From: Candidatus Thalassarchaeum sp.
Lineage (GTDB): Archaea; Thermoplasmatota; Poseidoniia; Poseidoniales; Thalassarchaeaceae
Reading direction: 5' to 3'
Assembly: GCA_022449945.1 (NCBI GenBank)
Contig: JAKURM010000001.1
Location: 7,569-71,568, forward strand
Length of the DNA stretch: 64,000 bases
Shown here one piece after another: positions 1 through 12,118 of the stretch (the stretch's first letter is position 1; each line of letters starts with the position of its first letter). The notes under the pieces are model-generated. The model had not been told where the DNA came from, searched no databases, and saw only the letters and a list, made by a program, of their open reading frames with translations. Position numbers and translations under genes: made by a program.

Positions 1-284
1 GCCGTCCCTGAATTGCCACACCAGAGATCAGTTGGCGACCCATCTAGTCCATCCGAACTCCCTTCTATGAGCCACTTCCCGCTCTCCTTGAAAAAGCGAG
101 TCCCAAACCCCTCGAGGCATTTCGCCATATCTTCGATATCCCTTCCTGGATGTCCATCGAATATCAATTCGGTTGGAGTCGAACACTGAGAAGCCAGCAC
201 CATCCACCTAATCATGTGGCTCTTTGATGGAGGCAGCCTCCAGTGTACTTCTTCCGGCCTCGTCAAGGCCTCGATTTCTAGCAT
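1..284 (-). CDS. aroA: 3-phosphoshikimate 1-carboxyvinyltransferase (EPSP synthase), 5' part, runs off window edge
   Basis: Hand translation from ATG at 284: MLEIEALTRPEEVHWRLPPSKSHMIRW...DLWCGNSGT. PxSKS and GNSGT are AroA motifs. Not in the supplied ORF track. Confidence 0.85.
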   Translation of the reverse strand, partial: MLEIEALTRPEEVHWRLPPSKSHMIRWMVLASQCSTPTELIFDGHPGRDIEDMAKCLEGFGTRFFKESGKWLIEGSSDGLDGSPTDLWCGNSGT

Positions 285-326
285 GCCTCTGCCATGTCCA
301 TTTTCCAGTTGAATGCTCGTATTGGG

Positions 327-1172
327 CTATTTCCTGATCCACTCGCCAAAGTCACTAATTCCATCCCATTCATTGGCCCTCCCGTCAATCAAGCTTCTCT
401 GCATCGTTTCTTCAAGGGAGCCTCGCATTTTGACCAGATTGTTCCTGTGCAGAATCTTTGGACTCAGCCCCGGAAGGAGAACTGCCAGAACCCTGGGGAC
501 TCTACCGGGATAAACCTCATTCACGTGTTTTACTATATTGGTGGTGCATGTATTTGTGATTGTATTGTACCATTCAGGAGAGTCATTAAGCTTGTTCGTT
601 CTTCGAAGATATGACTCCAGCATCCTCCTTTCGTTCCCTGGCCCTAATACCACTGCCTCGAACAGATGAGTAACCGACTTTCTCCTGCAACGTGTCCTAA
701 CTCCCACTACGTCCCTTTCGGTGGCCCAAACATAGATCAGTTCGTATTGCCTGAATAGCCCCTTGATCGGATGATAACGCTCTCCTTGTTCCCTTCTAAC
801 TTCAATCGAACATGCAATTCTGGTGCCATCCTCGGTTTCGAAACTCATTATCGTGTGGGCCATTTCCCTTCTTCCCGGGTCGAAGTACTCCAGTACGAAC
901 CAAATCTTTGTGACTTTGTCCAGCCTAATCTTGACATCGATCCATTGTTCATCGAAGTCCCGAGTGCTCCTCCAGACAAAGTCCCTTACGTTTCGGATAG
1001 TGACCACATCCCCATCGAATTCTGCTTTAGCTGTCTTCTTGTTGTCGTTTACCCATGACCTGTCGTTTGATGGTTTGAGTCTTAGGTGCCTCACAAGTAT
1101 CCACCCAAATAGGATAACCAGGAAAATAATCAGTGCAACCAGGGGGGTTGGATATCCGGACACGGACGACAC
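327..1172 (-). CDS. DUF4105 (Lnb N-terminal-like) domain protein with N-terminal membrane anchor
   Basis: N-terminal TM helix; motifs NVRDF, AHTIMSF, SIEVRRE, LFRQYELIYV, WYNTITNTCTT typical of DUF4105. Confidence 0.8.
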   Translation of the reverse strand: MSSVSGYPTPLVALIIFLVILFGWILVRHLRLKPSNDRSWVNDNKKTAKAEFDGDVVTIRNVRDFVWRSTRDFDEQWIDVKIRLDKVTKIWFVLEYFDPGRREMAHTIMSFETEDGTRIACSIEVRREQGERYHPIKGLFRQYELIYVWATERDVVGVRTRCRRKSVTHLFEAVVLGPGNERRMLESYLRRTNKLNDSPEWYNTITNTCTTNIVKHVNEVYPGRVPRVLAVLLPGLSPKILHRNNLVKMRGSLEETMQRSLIDGRANEWDGISDFGEWIRK

Positions 1173-1215
1173 ACTCCGTAGGAAGGGCCAAGGCGCATGA
1201 ATACTCGCTTTTTGT

Positions 1216-1302
1216 TGGCGCGGCAGGGGAGATTCGAACTCCCGAGGTGAGACACCACTGGATTAGCAATCCAGCGCAATGGCCAGGCTATGCGACTGCC
1301 GC
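1216..1302 (-). tRNA. tRNA-Ser(GCT), long variable arm, encoded CCA
   Basis: Reverse complement GCGGCAG...CTGGA-TT-GCT-AA-TCCAG...GGAGTTCGAATCTCC-CCTGCCGC-G-CCA folds as a cloverleaf, 87 nt. Confidence 0.95.
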
Positions 1303-1347
1303 AGTAAATCTTCGACCTGAGATTCGGGCTTAAGAGGAACGGTTCCA

Positions 1348-4053
1348 CTACTCTTCTTCAGAGTCATGTTCCAAGTAATCTTCAGAGTCAACCAAGTCCG
1401 ACGGTAGTCTAGCAACAAATACGATTTCGTCAACATAGCCCGTTCGTTCGGAGTTTCTTAGTTCCATTATACGAGTTCCTTTGGTAACCTTGCCCAGAGT
1501 CTCTTTGGTTTGTCCCGAGGCCATCCTAATCATCATCCCCGATCCTGTAAGCATGAATAACTGGTCCTCTAGGTCAGGAATCTGGCGGACACTTACGATA
1601 TGATCATCCTCCCTGAGTGACATCGTGCGAACGCCCTTTGTTCCTCTGTTTGTTTTCCTGTACCCGTCTCTTTCGAATAATTGCTGACCCGAATCATCCA
1701 ATTCCTGCACCCCTTCTTCGTTGACCTGCGCAATCATTTCCCCCGAACCCAATCTGCTACGCTTGGCCATCCCGAATCTTGAAATCGTCAGAACGCTAGT
1801 ATCGAAATCATCCGTGACAATCATTCCGATGACTCTGTCGCCATCCCCTAGTTTCATCCCCGAGACTCCCTGGCTAATCCTTCCTTGCACCCTGACGACG
1901 TAGGTTGTCATTTTCTCGCCGGTTTCGGGAGATTCCCTGGTTTTCTCCTCTGATGGCTTGAATCTACAGGCATTCCCTCTTGCTGAGACTAAAACCACAT
2001 GGTCAGAATCGGTCGCGGGTCTGACTGTAACAAGTGAGTCATCAGCTCCTTCGGCAAACCTTAGGGCATACTTTCCGTTTCGGTTTATCCTAGCATATTC
2101 TGAGAGCCTACTCTTCTTTATTCTGCCCTTTGAGGTTGCAAACATGAGGTAGTGCCCCTCTGGATTTTCAATTAGCGACCTATCCAACGGGAGGATAGAA
2201 ATCACCTTCTCGTCCTCTCTAATGCCTCCGAGGAGGTTTCGAATGTGGGATCCTCTACCATACCTACTCGCGGAAGGCGTCTCCCAAGCCCTAAGTCCGT
2301 ACACTCTTCCCTGATCAGTAAATATCAGCAAACGGTCCTTGGAGAAGCATGTGATAATTTTGGAAGGAGTATCCTCTTCTTTGGTCGCCACTCCCTTCAG
2401 CCCCTTTCCTCCTCGGTTCTGTAAACGGAAGGCCTCTACAGGGAGGTGCCTGATGTAGTTGTCCTGAGTTAGCGAAATCACGATGGCCTGTTCTGCCACC
2501 AGGTCTTCCCTATCCATAGACAATGGTGTCGGATCAATTGTAGTTCTCCTTTCGTCACCGTGCCTCTCGACGAGTCCGTCCAGCTCTTCCCCGATGATTC
2601 CAAGAATTCTGATCCTGCTTGATAGTATTCCTTCGTACTCTACAATTGAATCTTCTAGCTTACCAAGCTCCTCCGAAACTTCTTGTACATTCATTCTGGT
2701 GAGTTGGTAAAGCCGTCTTTCGGCAATTGCCTTGGCCTGTCTCTCGGAAAACTCGAAGCGCTTGATTTTGGGGTATTTCTCCTCCCCTCTGAGGTACTTC
2801 TCGAAATGATCTCTGGAGTCTGAATTCCTTCCCACCTCGATTATCTCGCCCATCCTATCTTGGGCCTTGATTAGCCCCTCGAGAATGTGAGCCCTGGCTT
2901 GGGCCCTTTCCAAGTCATGCTTAGTCCTTCGTTCGACAACCGACTCCCGATGGCGCACGTATGTATGTAGGATGGTCCTCAGATCGAGTTGTACTGGTTC
3001 GCCTTTCAGTATTCCCATCATGTTTGAGGAGTAAGACTCCTGGAGCCGACTGGACTGGTAAAGTTGGTTGAGAACCGCATGAGCATCTGCATTCTGCTTG
3101 ATCTCAATTACTACCCTGATGCCTTCTTTGTTGGACTCGTCTCTTATGTCCCTAATTCCCTTGATAGCCTCTTTCTGAACAAGTTCAGCAATCCCCTGCA
3201 ACATTGTCGCCTTCTTTACTTGGTATGGTATTGAGTGGATGATCAACCTCTTCCCGCTGGAGTCTTCAAGTACCTCCACTTCAGATCTAATGTGGAATTT
3301 GCCATTTCCTGTACGATACATGTCGACTATGCCATCGATACCGTAGATAGTAGCTCCCGTGGGGAAGTCCGGTCCCTTGAGGTATTCCATGTACTCTAGG
3401 GCATCAATCTTAGGGGGGTTATCAAGGCCGATTTTTCGGTTTTGCTCTATCACTCTCTCGATATGGAACTTCGTTGCTGCTACTACTTCGTTGAGGTTGT
3501 GAGGGGGAATTTTAGTTGCCATTCCGACGGCAATCCCATCACTTCCGTTCAGCAGAAGGTTAGGTAGTCTGGAGGGTAGGACTGATGGTTCCTTCTCCGT
3601 TTCGTCGAAGTTTGGCTCCATGTCAATTGTGTTTTTGTTTATGTCATCCAGCATGTGTTGAGATAACCTGTCCAGGCGACTCTCCGTGTAACGCATCGCA
3701 GCTGGCGGATCGCCGTCAATGGAGCCGAAATTTCCCTGTCCGTCAATCAATGGGTATCTCAGGGAGAAATCTTGTGCCATCCTGACCATTGTATCGTAAA
3801 GTGCCTGGTCTCCGTGTGGGTGGAACTTACCCATTACCTCGCCAACTGACCTTGCAGATTTGCTGTACCCCTTATCATGGGTGTGACCGGCCTGGTGCAT
3901 GCCCCACAGGATTCTCCTGTGAACTGGCTTCAGACCGTCCCTTGCATCGGGAAGTGCCCTGCCGATAATGACGCTCATTGCATAGTTGATGTAACTCTCC
4001 TTCATCTCATCAGAGATGTTTCTCCTAAGAAGATCTTCAGCCATTCCACTCAC
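1348..4053 (-). CDS. gyrA: DNA gyrase subunit A
   Basis: [28 protein letters not shown] (catalytic Tyr), GyrA box QNRGGKG, C-terminal pinwheel repeats. Confidence 0.97.
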   Translation of the reverse strand: MSGMAEDLLRRNISDEMKESYINYAMSVIIGRALPDARDGLKPVHRRILWGMHQAGHTHDKGYSKSARSVGEVMGKFHPHGDQALYDTMVRMAQDFSLRYPLIDGQGNFGSIDGDPPAAMRYTESRLDRLSQHMLDDINKNTIDMEPNFDETEKEPSVLPSRLPNLLLNGSDGIAVGMATKIPPHNLNEVVAATKFHIERVIEQNRKIGLDNPPKIDALEYMEYLKGPDFPTGATIYGIDGIVDMYRTGNGKFHIRSEVEVLEDSSGKRLIIHSIPYQVKKATMLQGIAELVQKEAIKGIRDIRDESNKEGIRVVIEIKQNADAHAVLNQLYQSSRLQESYSSNMMGILKGEPVQLDLRTILHTYVRHRESVVERRTKHDLERAQARAHILEGLIKAQDRMGEIIEVGRNSDSRDHFEKYLRGEEKYPKIKRFEFSERQAKAIAERRLYQLTRMNVQEVSEELGKLEDSIVEYEGILSSRIRILGIIGEELDGLVERHGDERRTTIDPTPLSMDREDLVAEQAIVISLTQDNYIRHLPVEAFRLQNRGGKGLKGVATKEEDTPSKIITCFSKDRLLIFTDQGRVYGLRAWETPSASRYGRGSHIRNLLGGIREDEKVISILPLDRSLIENPEGHYLMFATSKGRIKKSRLSEYARINRNGKYALRFAEGADDSLVTVRPATDSDHVVLVSARGNACRFKPSEEKTRESPETGEKMTTYVVRVQGRISQGVSGMKLGDGDRVIGMIVTDDFDTSVLTISRFGMAKRSRLGSGEMIAQVNEEGVQELDDSGQQLFERDGYRKTNRGTKGVRTMSLREDDHIVSVRQIPDLEDQLFMLTGSGMMIRMASGQTKETLGKVTKGTRIMELRNSERTGYVDEIVFVARLPSDLVDSEDYLEHDSEEE

Positions 4054-4054
4054 C

Positions 4055-6047
<1,993 letters not shown>

Positions 6048-6200
6048 ACTTCATCGTCTATGTCATAATGTCGCGGTTATTCAACCTAATGGGTTTATTT
6101 CTTCCAATACCTCGATTATTCGGAAAATACTCCATCCCCGTGGACCAACCAATTTTCACTCTCGACATGGTTAAACAGGCAACTACGGTCGCATTTCCGA

Positions 6201-6998
6201 ATGAAGCATCCTTTGGTGTGCATAACCCTTAGGGGAGAAACGGCTGAACAGGTGTCTCGAGATGCCTTATCTGCAAAGGACCTCGGAGCTGATTTGGTCG
6301 AAGTCAGGATTGACATGCTATGGTTAAGGGAGGAAAGAGTACCAATTGAGAAGGAAAACGACGACAATTATGGCGATCGTAACGAGTTTAGCATCACTCA
6401 AAATTTTCTGGACGTCGAAGATGTCGACATCAAGACGGATTTGGAAACAATTTCTGCTTCCATCGATGTTCCTTTGATTTTCACCTGCCGCTCCAGGGAC
6501 CAGGGCGGATTTTTCCCCGGGGACGAGAGCCAGAGAACGGAAGTTCTGAAGGAAGCAATCTCACTAAACCCTCAGTGGGTTGATTTGGAAGTTAGCATTA
6601 ATCCTGGAATTAGAGAGGAAATCACCTCCATAATCGGTAAGGAGACCAAGATCATTGCGTCTATTCACTCCAATGAGAAAACCCCGCCTCCCTCGGAAAT
6701 AGTGCAGGACGTCTTGGACAATCAAGAACTGGGAGATATCGTCAAGGCATGTTATATCACGAAAAACAGGACGGACGGACTCAGAATTTTTGAGGCAGCC
6801 TGGGAGTTAAAAGACTCCGATACCGACTCCACTCTCATGGGACTAGGGCCCGGTGGTGACTGGTCGCGAATCCATGCGCCCCTGTTGGGCCAATTCATGG
6901 TGTATTCTACAACTGAATCGGGGTGGCACCTTGCACAGCAGGGGAGGATTAACGCCTCAGACCTGAAGACGGCATGGGGCCTTCTAGGTTATGCATAG
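6201..6998 (+). CDS. aroD: Type I 3-dehydroquinate dehydratase
   Basis: ADLVEVRID, PLIFTCR...QGG, IASIH, IVK (Schiff-base Lys), MGLG...SRI; aroA is nearby. Confidence 0.85.
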   Translation: MKHPLVCITLRGETAEQVSRDALSAKDLGADLVEVRIDMLWLREERVPIEKENDDNYGDRNEFSITQNFLDVEDVDIKTDLETISASIDVPLIFTCRSRDQGGFFPGDESQRTEVLKEAISLNPQWVDLEVSINPGIREEITSIIGKETKIIASIHSNEKTPPPSEIVQDVLDNQELGDIVKACYITKNRTDGLRIFEAAWELKDSDTDSTLMGLGPGGDWSRIHAPLLGQFMVYSTTESGWHLAQQGRINASDLKTAWGLLGYA

Positions 6999-7916
6999 TC
7001 ATCCTTCTTTCAGGAAAGGAACCTCGCGTAGCTCTTCGCTTTCCTTTCCTTCAGATGCCGACGAATGGTATCTCGAATGGAAAACTATTGGGATGATGAT
7101 GCAAGATAATGGGAGTGAGCCAATTAGTAGGTATGCAGTGTAATTGGGGAGGGTGAACCTCTCCTCTACGTCAATCAGCACCTCAACGCTCATGTTTCCA
7201 GATGCTCCTTCGTCGTTCGGTCTCCCGTTGTCCCAACCATCCAGAATCAGATGGAACTCCTGGTAATTGCTCTCTCCTCCCAAGCCCGCGAATGACCATG
7301 ATGAACCAGAAGTGTCAATTGCAACAGAGAACTCTTCGTATGTCACTGACTCGTATGCATGGGCGTCCCGAAATGGCAACCAGATTAGCAGGTCCCTCCA
7401 CTCTACGGGTACGCTATCAAAGTCGCACAACCCCTGAATAATGTCATCATAGAAGTCATTGGTCCGGCATTCGTAGTCGAACTTGTACTGGTCCAAGTTT
7501 GAGTCGGTTAGCAGGTAGATATCCCCCCTTTCGCTAAAGTCTACGCAGAACGTGTATCGATAACCGGGAACAAGTGACATTGAGATGATTGTGGCACTTG
7601 AATTACTTACTTCAATTCCTGGGAAACCACTCCATGTTCCGTCTGACCACTCGGTACTTAGTCCCCTGTTCAGTGCCATCAAACGACCATTGTCTTCTGA
7701 GGATCTTTCCAATGACGCCTCTCCCCCATCCAGAGTCTCGATTTCAAAGAAATCTCCAGGCTTTATCCCATCAGGCCAATCACTACTGGGTGTAATGTCG
7801 CATGAACTCGATGCAGAACTGGCATTATCGGACATCAAAGACATAGAGAAAATAGAGAGTAGGATAATTAGAGGAACTCCAGATAGGGCAAATCTACTTC
7901 CAATTGACCGGTTCAC
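6999..7916 (-). CDS. Secreted/membrane-anchored hypothetical protein
   Basis: Signal-like N-terminus, acidic beta-rich body, C-terminal TM helix; translationally coupled to the upstream PKD gene. Confidence 0.7.
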   Translation of the reverse strand: MNRSIGSRFALSGVPLIILLSIFSMSLMSDNASSASSSCDITPSSDWPDGIKPGDFFEIETLDGGEASLERSSEDNGRLMALNRGLSTEWSDGTWSGFPGIEVSNSSATIISMSLVPGYRYTFCVDFSERGDIYLLTDSNLDQYKFDYECRTNDFYDDIIQGLCDFDSVPVEWRDLLIWLPFRDAHAYESVTYEEFSVAIDTSGSSWSFAGLGGESNYQEFHLILDGWDNGRPNDEGASGNMSVEVLIDVEERFTLPNYTAYLLIGSLPLSCIIIPIVFHSRYHSSASEGKESEELREVPFLKEG

Positions 7917-10900
7917 TATCTCCGCCTCGTTCTGATTGGTCGTACGTAGCCCGACTCCCTATTCGTCCTCTCATCGGTTGTGAGATATGTTGGTTGCGGA
8001 GGCGGAGAGTGCTGATCCATCCCGGGCATCCCTCCTTCAGCCTGGACTTCGTCGACACCGTAATTATCTACCATTTCCATTGCATCAAGTTCATCGTCAT
8101 CTCTTTCCCTCATAACCATCCAACCCAGGATTGCAACTAGTAGGACCAGTGCCATTAGTCCTGCACTCTCTTTACCAGGAATCAGGTCATTAACGGTCAG
8201 ATCTGACAGAGTCTTCGGTGGCGCGGTATCCTGTATTGATAGTACTGTAACCACATAGTCCTTTGAAGAGCACACTCCAACCCCGTCACAGACGGTTAGT
8301 GAAATCCTGACTTCCCCCGGGCTTCCCCAGGTTTGATTATCTTCGATCCAATCGTCTCGTGTGTCACCGTCGCAACCCTCGATTGTCATGCAGTCAGAGT
8401 CATAGAATACGTCCAGATCCCAATTGAATTCTAATCCGCCAGTCAACGACCTATCCTTGTCATTCGCAGGATCTCCATCCCCGTCGCTATCGAAAAGCGC
8501 ATCCTCGTCAAGCCAAGCAGACTCGAGGAACAAATCGTCCAAATCACTAGCATTTTCCCACAATTCAACTGAATCCCCTTCGATCACGTACTCGCTGTCT
8601 ATCGGGTTTTTTGTCACAATCTTAGGAGCCTGTGAAACAATCACAACCATCTCTGTAGTGTTGGATTCGCCCTCTGCGAATCCATCAATCACAGTCAGCC
8701 TGACCACATACTCGCCAGATCTCTCATAATTGTGCCACACAACTGGTCCACTGGCGGGGGGACTAGCATCGCCAAAGTCCCAAATCCACGAAACAATTCC
8801 ATTCCATTCCGGACTGTTCATTTCGATTGAGGACTTCCCCTGGAATCCTGGATCTCCATCATGACTCCCGCTACCATCGAATCTAATCATATTGCCTGGA
8901 GCAACGAATCCACCTCCTGATGAGGTGTGGGGGACCTGCCAGACAATTGGTTCGTTGCCATCTGGAATTTCATTAATCATCTTCCCCTCCAAGCTAGGGC
9001 AACTGAAGGACAGTACTGGGATGGGAAGCGGGTTTTCTATGCTGAACAAGTATATCTTCGGAGCAGACGAAAGCCCCTTCTCGTCCAAGACTACAAGACT
9101 AACGCTGTAAAGCCCGGGTTCCGAGAATGTCCTACTAACCGACGAGGTATTCTCAATCGTACTGTCCATATCTGAAATCGTCCAAACATGTACAAGTGCT
9201 GACGAGTCCCCATCAGGGTCGAATGACGAGCTGTGGAAAATGTAGGCAGTCCCAACGTCACCATCAATTGGACGATCGAAAATAGCCACTGGGCGCTGGT
9301 TTAGGACTTCCACCTGAAAGAACGTAACAGAGGAATTTCCATCATCATCCGTAACTTCTAGTGTCACGTTCTTCAGGCCAGGTTCCCTCCAACCTACAAT
9401 CGGATTCGCCACGAATGATTTGATTTCTGAAAAATCAGATGCCAAAGAAAGTGACCCCCCTCCTAGGTTAACCCCTTCATCGAAGCTCCACCGGTACTCG
9501 ACAATGATTCCATCATCGTCAGTGAATACATCGGGCATACTGAGGGGAATCAGAGAATGAGTCTGTAGACTATCCGTTAGAATCTCCCTAGGCACTCTGT
9601 TCATCACTCTAACCAGGATTGATTTCTCTGCATATTGAGTCCCATCGCTTGCCCTTAGGGTCATTGAATACACCGTCCCATTAGCGCTTCCGTCGGCCCA
9701 GGAGTGTCCTACTTCGTAAAGTCCAACTCCCGAGTCAATCGATCCATCTCCGAAATCCCATTGGAAAGACAACTGCTCTATTGGAACGTTGTCCGATGTA
9801 CCAAATGAAGAGAACTGGACTCTCTGATTTGTATTGATAGTCAACTCATCATCTATTGAAATTCCTCCAATTGAGATATCCGGAATCGGATTTGATGAGT
9901 CATTCACGGAAATGTTCCAAGTCTGTATCTCGGAGAAATATCCACCAGCGTCTACTACTGTTAGAGAGATGGTATATTCACCTTGTTCCACATATGAATG
10001 GATGGGATTTTTGAGGCTAGAAATATTCCCGTCGCCTAGGTCCCAGATATACGATGAAGGCGTCTCATTTTGGTTGAAACTTCCATTTGATAATCCGAAC
10101 CCCCACGGATCAAACCCTCCTCCGAAAATATAGGTTGGCAACCATGTTTCGGTTAGGTTCGTTGAAATCGATCCAGACCCGAACGGCCTCATGTTAAACA
10201 CATATTCTGGAAGAGAGAGTGCTAAATCCTGCTCCTCGCCCATTATGTCGCTAATTCTGACTACAAAAGACACGTCACCGGAAAATTGCGGTGTGAACCA
10301 TATTGACTTGGTGGACGGCTCTCCGTTACTCGCAGAGAGGCCGAAACTTGCCGAGTCAACAACTGTGTTATTGGAGAATGCCTCTATTCCGACGTCTAGG
10401 GTCTCAAAGTATGCACTTGACGAAACGCTGATTGACAACTCAAGACTGTCATCTAGGCCGTCTTTGTCCCTATCGAAATCATGGATTGCGTCTATGGATA
10501 CCTCTGCTGGCTCGCTTAGTAGGTCGGCGTTAACCGTGAATGATCCGGTCGGATAAGAACCCCCAGGAAGGACTCCACAGTTTGCGAAGTCAATATCGCA
10601 ATCGTCTACCACCGAGTTGTACCAAACTAGTAGCCAAACTTCTGAGGTAGAATTTCCAAAACCGTGAATTAGTCCTGTTCCTATGCCGGTGGAACCATCT
10701 ATCCTAAGCTCGCTCATCGTCCAAGTCCCAGAAGACGCCTCTCTCACTAGTATCGCTCCTTCGAAACCGAATCTATCTGGTTGAATCATCAGATTTAGCG
10801 GATCTCCATTCCCCTGGGTGAACCTGAATGAGCTGAATCCCCAACCTTCCAAGCTGTACCCTTGTGACTGCCAAACTTCGGTCCAGACGCCATTTGACTC

Positions 10901-12052
10901 CCTAGGCGGTGCTCTGCAGAGAACTTCCGAATCACAGTCGTCCTCTAGATCTAGTTCAGAGAAACCAAATGCCCCCTGTGGGCTATCCAAGGTCATCGCA
11001 GCACTGAAGTTGGAGAATATCTCGCTCATGGTATCTCCCACAGGTGTCGATCCGGGGCCAGGGTTCCTAGCTAGGTTCTCTATCCCTGAACCGCCAATCG
11101 AAGAGTCAGACACAAGGCTCCTGATTGAAGGAGCACCCCCCAGCATGTCTGACAAGTACATCAGGAAGAGGAAGCCAGATCCCCTATCCGAAGACCTTTC
11201 ATTCCACCATCTGAGGCTCGTGCTTGTGTTCTCTGCCCATGAATTCGCATTCGACTCAAGATCAGAATTTGAACCGAAGCAAACGAACTCTGCCATCTCC
11301 GCAGCTCCTTCAACAATCCATAGGTACTCGTATGGGTCCCATGCATTGTGTATCAGTAGGCCAAACTCGTGGGCAAGAATTGGGTTCCTACTCCCAAGGT
11401 CGTCCACATCGACAAACAGGGACTCCCTGATCGAAGAAATGCTGGGCTGGAAGTACCCACCAGTTCCCCCAATTCCATCAACTGAGTGAACCACTATCTC
11501 GATTTGGCAATTGTTGTCCACATCAGGGGCGTCACCGAAGTGATTAGTATTGGTCGGATAGATTATCGATTCCCATGTCGAGGTGATGTCGTTAAGGGTG
11601 GTCGACGAAACAACCTGTCCATCCTCGACGAATACTGCGGCATTTGCAGACACCCTCTCGACCGTTGCCACGATCGTTCCATCTGTGGTTGTTATGTTAT
11701 CCGAATCACCAACGGACCACGCGCTCTCACAGCTTCTCTGATGCCCACGGGAATGTTGGCTCCCTTTTTCAAATGGGAGAAATAGGCCAGGGTATCCTTC
11801 TTTGGCCCATTCAATCTTCAAGTAGGATGAAGCTGAAAATAGCTCAACTCCCCCTTCGTTTAGTAAGTATGACCTCCCATCTTCTTCGAATTGGTAGGGG
11901 TATATCTCTCCAGAAATATCCTGATCATTTATTCCATTGTTTCCTTCTTCGGAGGTCACCACAGGTGTGGCAGTCGCAAATAGCATTGTCATCGACATGA
12001 TCAATACTCGGTGGGTTCGAGTATTTCCAGCAGCCCCATTCATGACAAACAC
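7916..12052 (-). CDS. Large surface protein: M30/immune-inhibitor-like metallopeptidase-fold N-terminus, multiple PKD domains, C-terminal TM anchor
   Basis: DVDNN..I, GGYF, LAHEFGLLIH...WIVEGAAE; repeated WDFGDG/WDLGDG PKD motifs; DxDxDG Ca-binding loops; C-terminal TM followed by RER. Start position uncertain. Confidence 0.8.
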   Translation of the reverse strand: MFVMNGAAGNTRTHRVLIMSMTMLFATATPVVTSEEGNNGINDQDISGEIYPYQFEEDGRSYLLNEGGVELFSASSYLKIEWAKEGYPGLFLPFEKGSQHSRGHQRSCESAWSVGDSDNITTTDGTIVATVERVSANAAVFVEDGQVVSSTTLNDITSTWESIIYPTNTNHFGDAPDVDNNCQIEIVVHSVDGIGGTGGYFQPSISSIRESLFVDVDDLGSRNPILAHEFGLLIHNAWDPYEYLWIVEGAAEMAEFVCFGSNSDLESNANSWAENTSTSLRWWNERSSDRGSGFLFLMYLSDMLGGAPSIRSLVSDSSIGGSGIENLARNPGPGSTPVGDTMSEIFSNFSAAMTLDSPQGAFGFSELDLEDDCDSEVLCRAPPRESNGVWTEVWQSQGYSLEGWGFSSFRFTQGNGDPLNLMIQPDRFGFEGAILVREASSGTWTMSELRIDGSTGIGTGLIHGFGNSTSEVWLLVWYNSVVDDCDIDFANCGVLPGGSYPTGSFTVNADLLSEPAEVSIDAIHDFDRDKDGLDDSLELSISVSSSAYFETLDVGIEAFSNNTVVDSASFGLSASNGEPSTKSIWFTPQFSGDVSFVVRISDIMGEEQDLALSLPEYVFNMRPFGSGSISTNLTETWLPTYIFGGGFDPWGFGLSNGSFNQNETPSSYIWDLGDGNISSLKNPIHSYVEQGEYTISLTVVDAGGYFSEIQTWNISVNDSSNPIPDISIGGISIDDELTINTNQRVQFSSFGTSDNVPIEQLSFQWDFGDGSIDSGVGLYEVGHSWADGSANGTVYSMTLRASDGTQYAEKSILVRVMNRVPREILTDSLQTHSLIPLSMPDVFTDDDGIIVEYRWSFDEGVNLGGGSLSLASDFSEIKSFVANPIVGWREPGLKNVTLEVTDDDGNSSVTFFQVEVLNQRPVAIFDRPIDGDVGTAYIFHSSSFDPDGDSSALVHVWTISDMDSTIENTSSVSRTFSEPGLYSVSLVVLDEKGLSSAPKIYLFSIENPLPIPVLSFSCPSLEGKMINEIPDGNEPIVWQVPHTSSGGGFVAPGNMIRFDGSGSHDGDPGFQGKSSIEMNSPEWNGIVSWIWDFGDASPPASGPVVWHNYERSGEYVVRLTVIDGFAEGESNTTEMVVIVSQAPKIVTKNPIDSEYVIEGDSVELWENASDLDDLFLESAWLDEDALFDSDGDGDPANDKDRSLTGGLEFNWDLDVFYDSDCMTIEGCDGDTRDDWIEDNQTWGSPGEVRISLTVCDGVGVCSSKDYVVTVLSIQDTAPPKTLSDLTVNDLIPGKESAGLMALVLLVAILGWMVMRERDDDELDAMEMVDNYGVDEVQAEGGMPGMDQHSPPPQPTYLTTDERTNRESGYVRPIRTRRR

Positions 12053-12118
12053 TCCGTTAGAGACTCATTGCAATCCGTCCGAATACGTATTTTAACATCG
12101 ATGGAGCATCGTTCGTAC

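Noticed and set aside
6052-6066. Tiny upstream ORFs (ATG-ACA-TAG and an out-of-frame ATG) before gyrB
   Set aside because: Expected by chance, with no SD or other support.
10818-11489. 223-aa + strand ORF and similar ORFs opposite the PKD and S8 genes
   Set aside because: Antisense frames kept open by the codon bias of acidic proteins.
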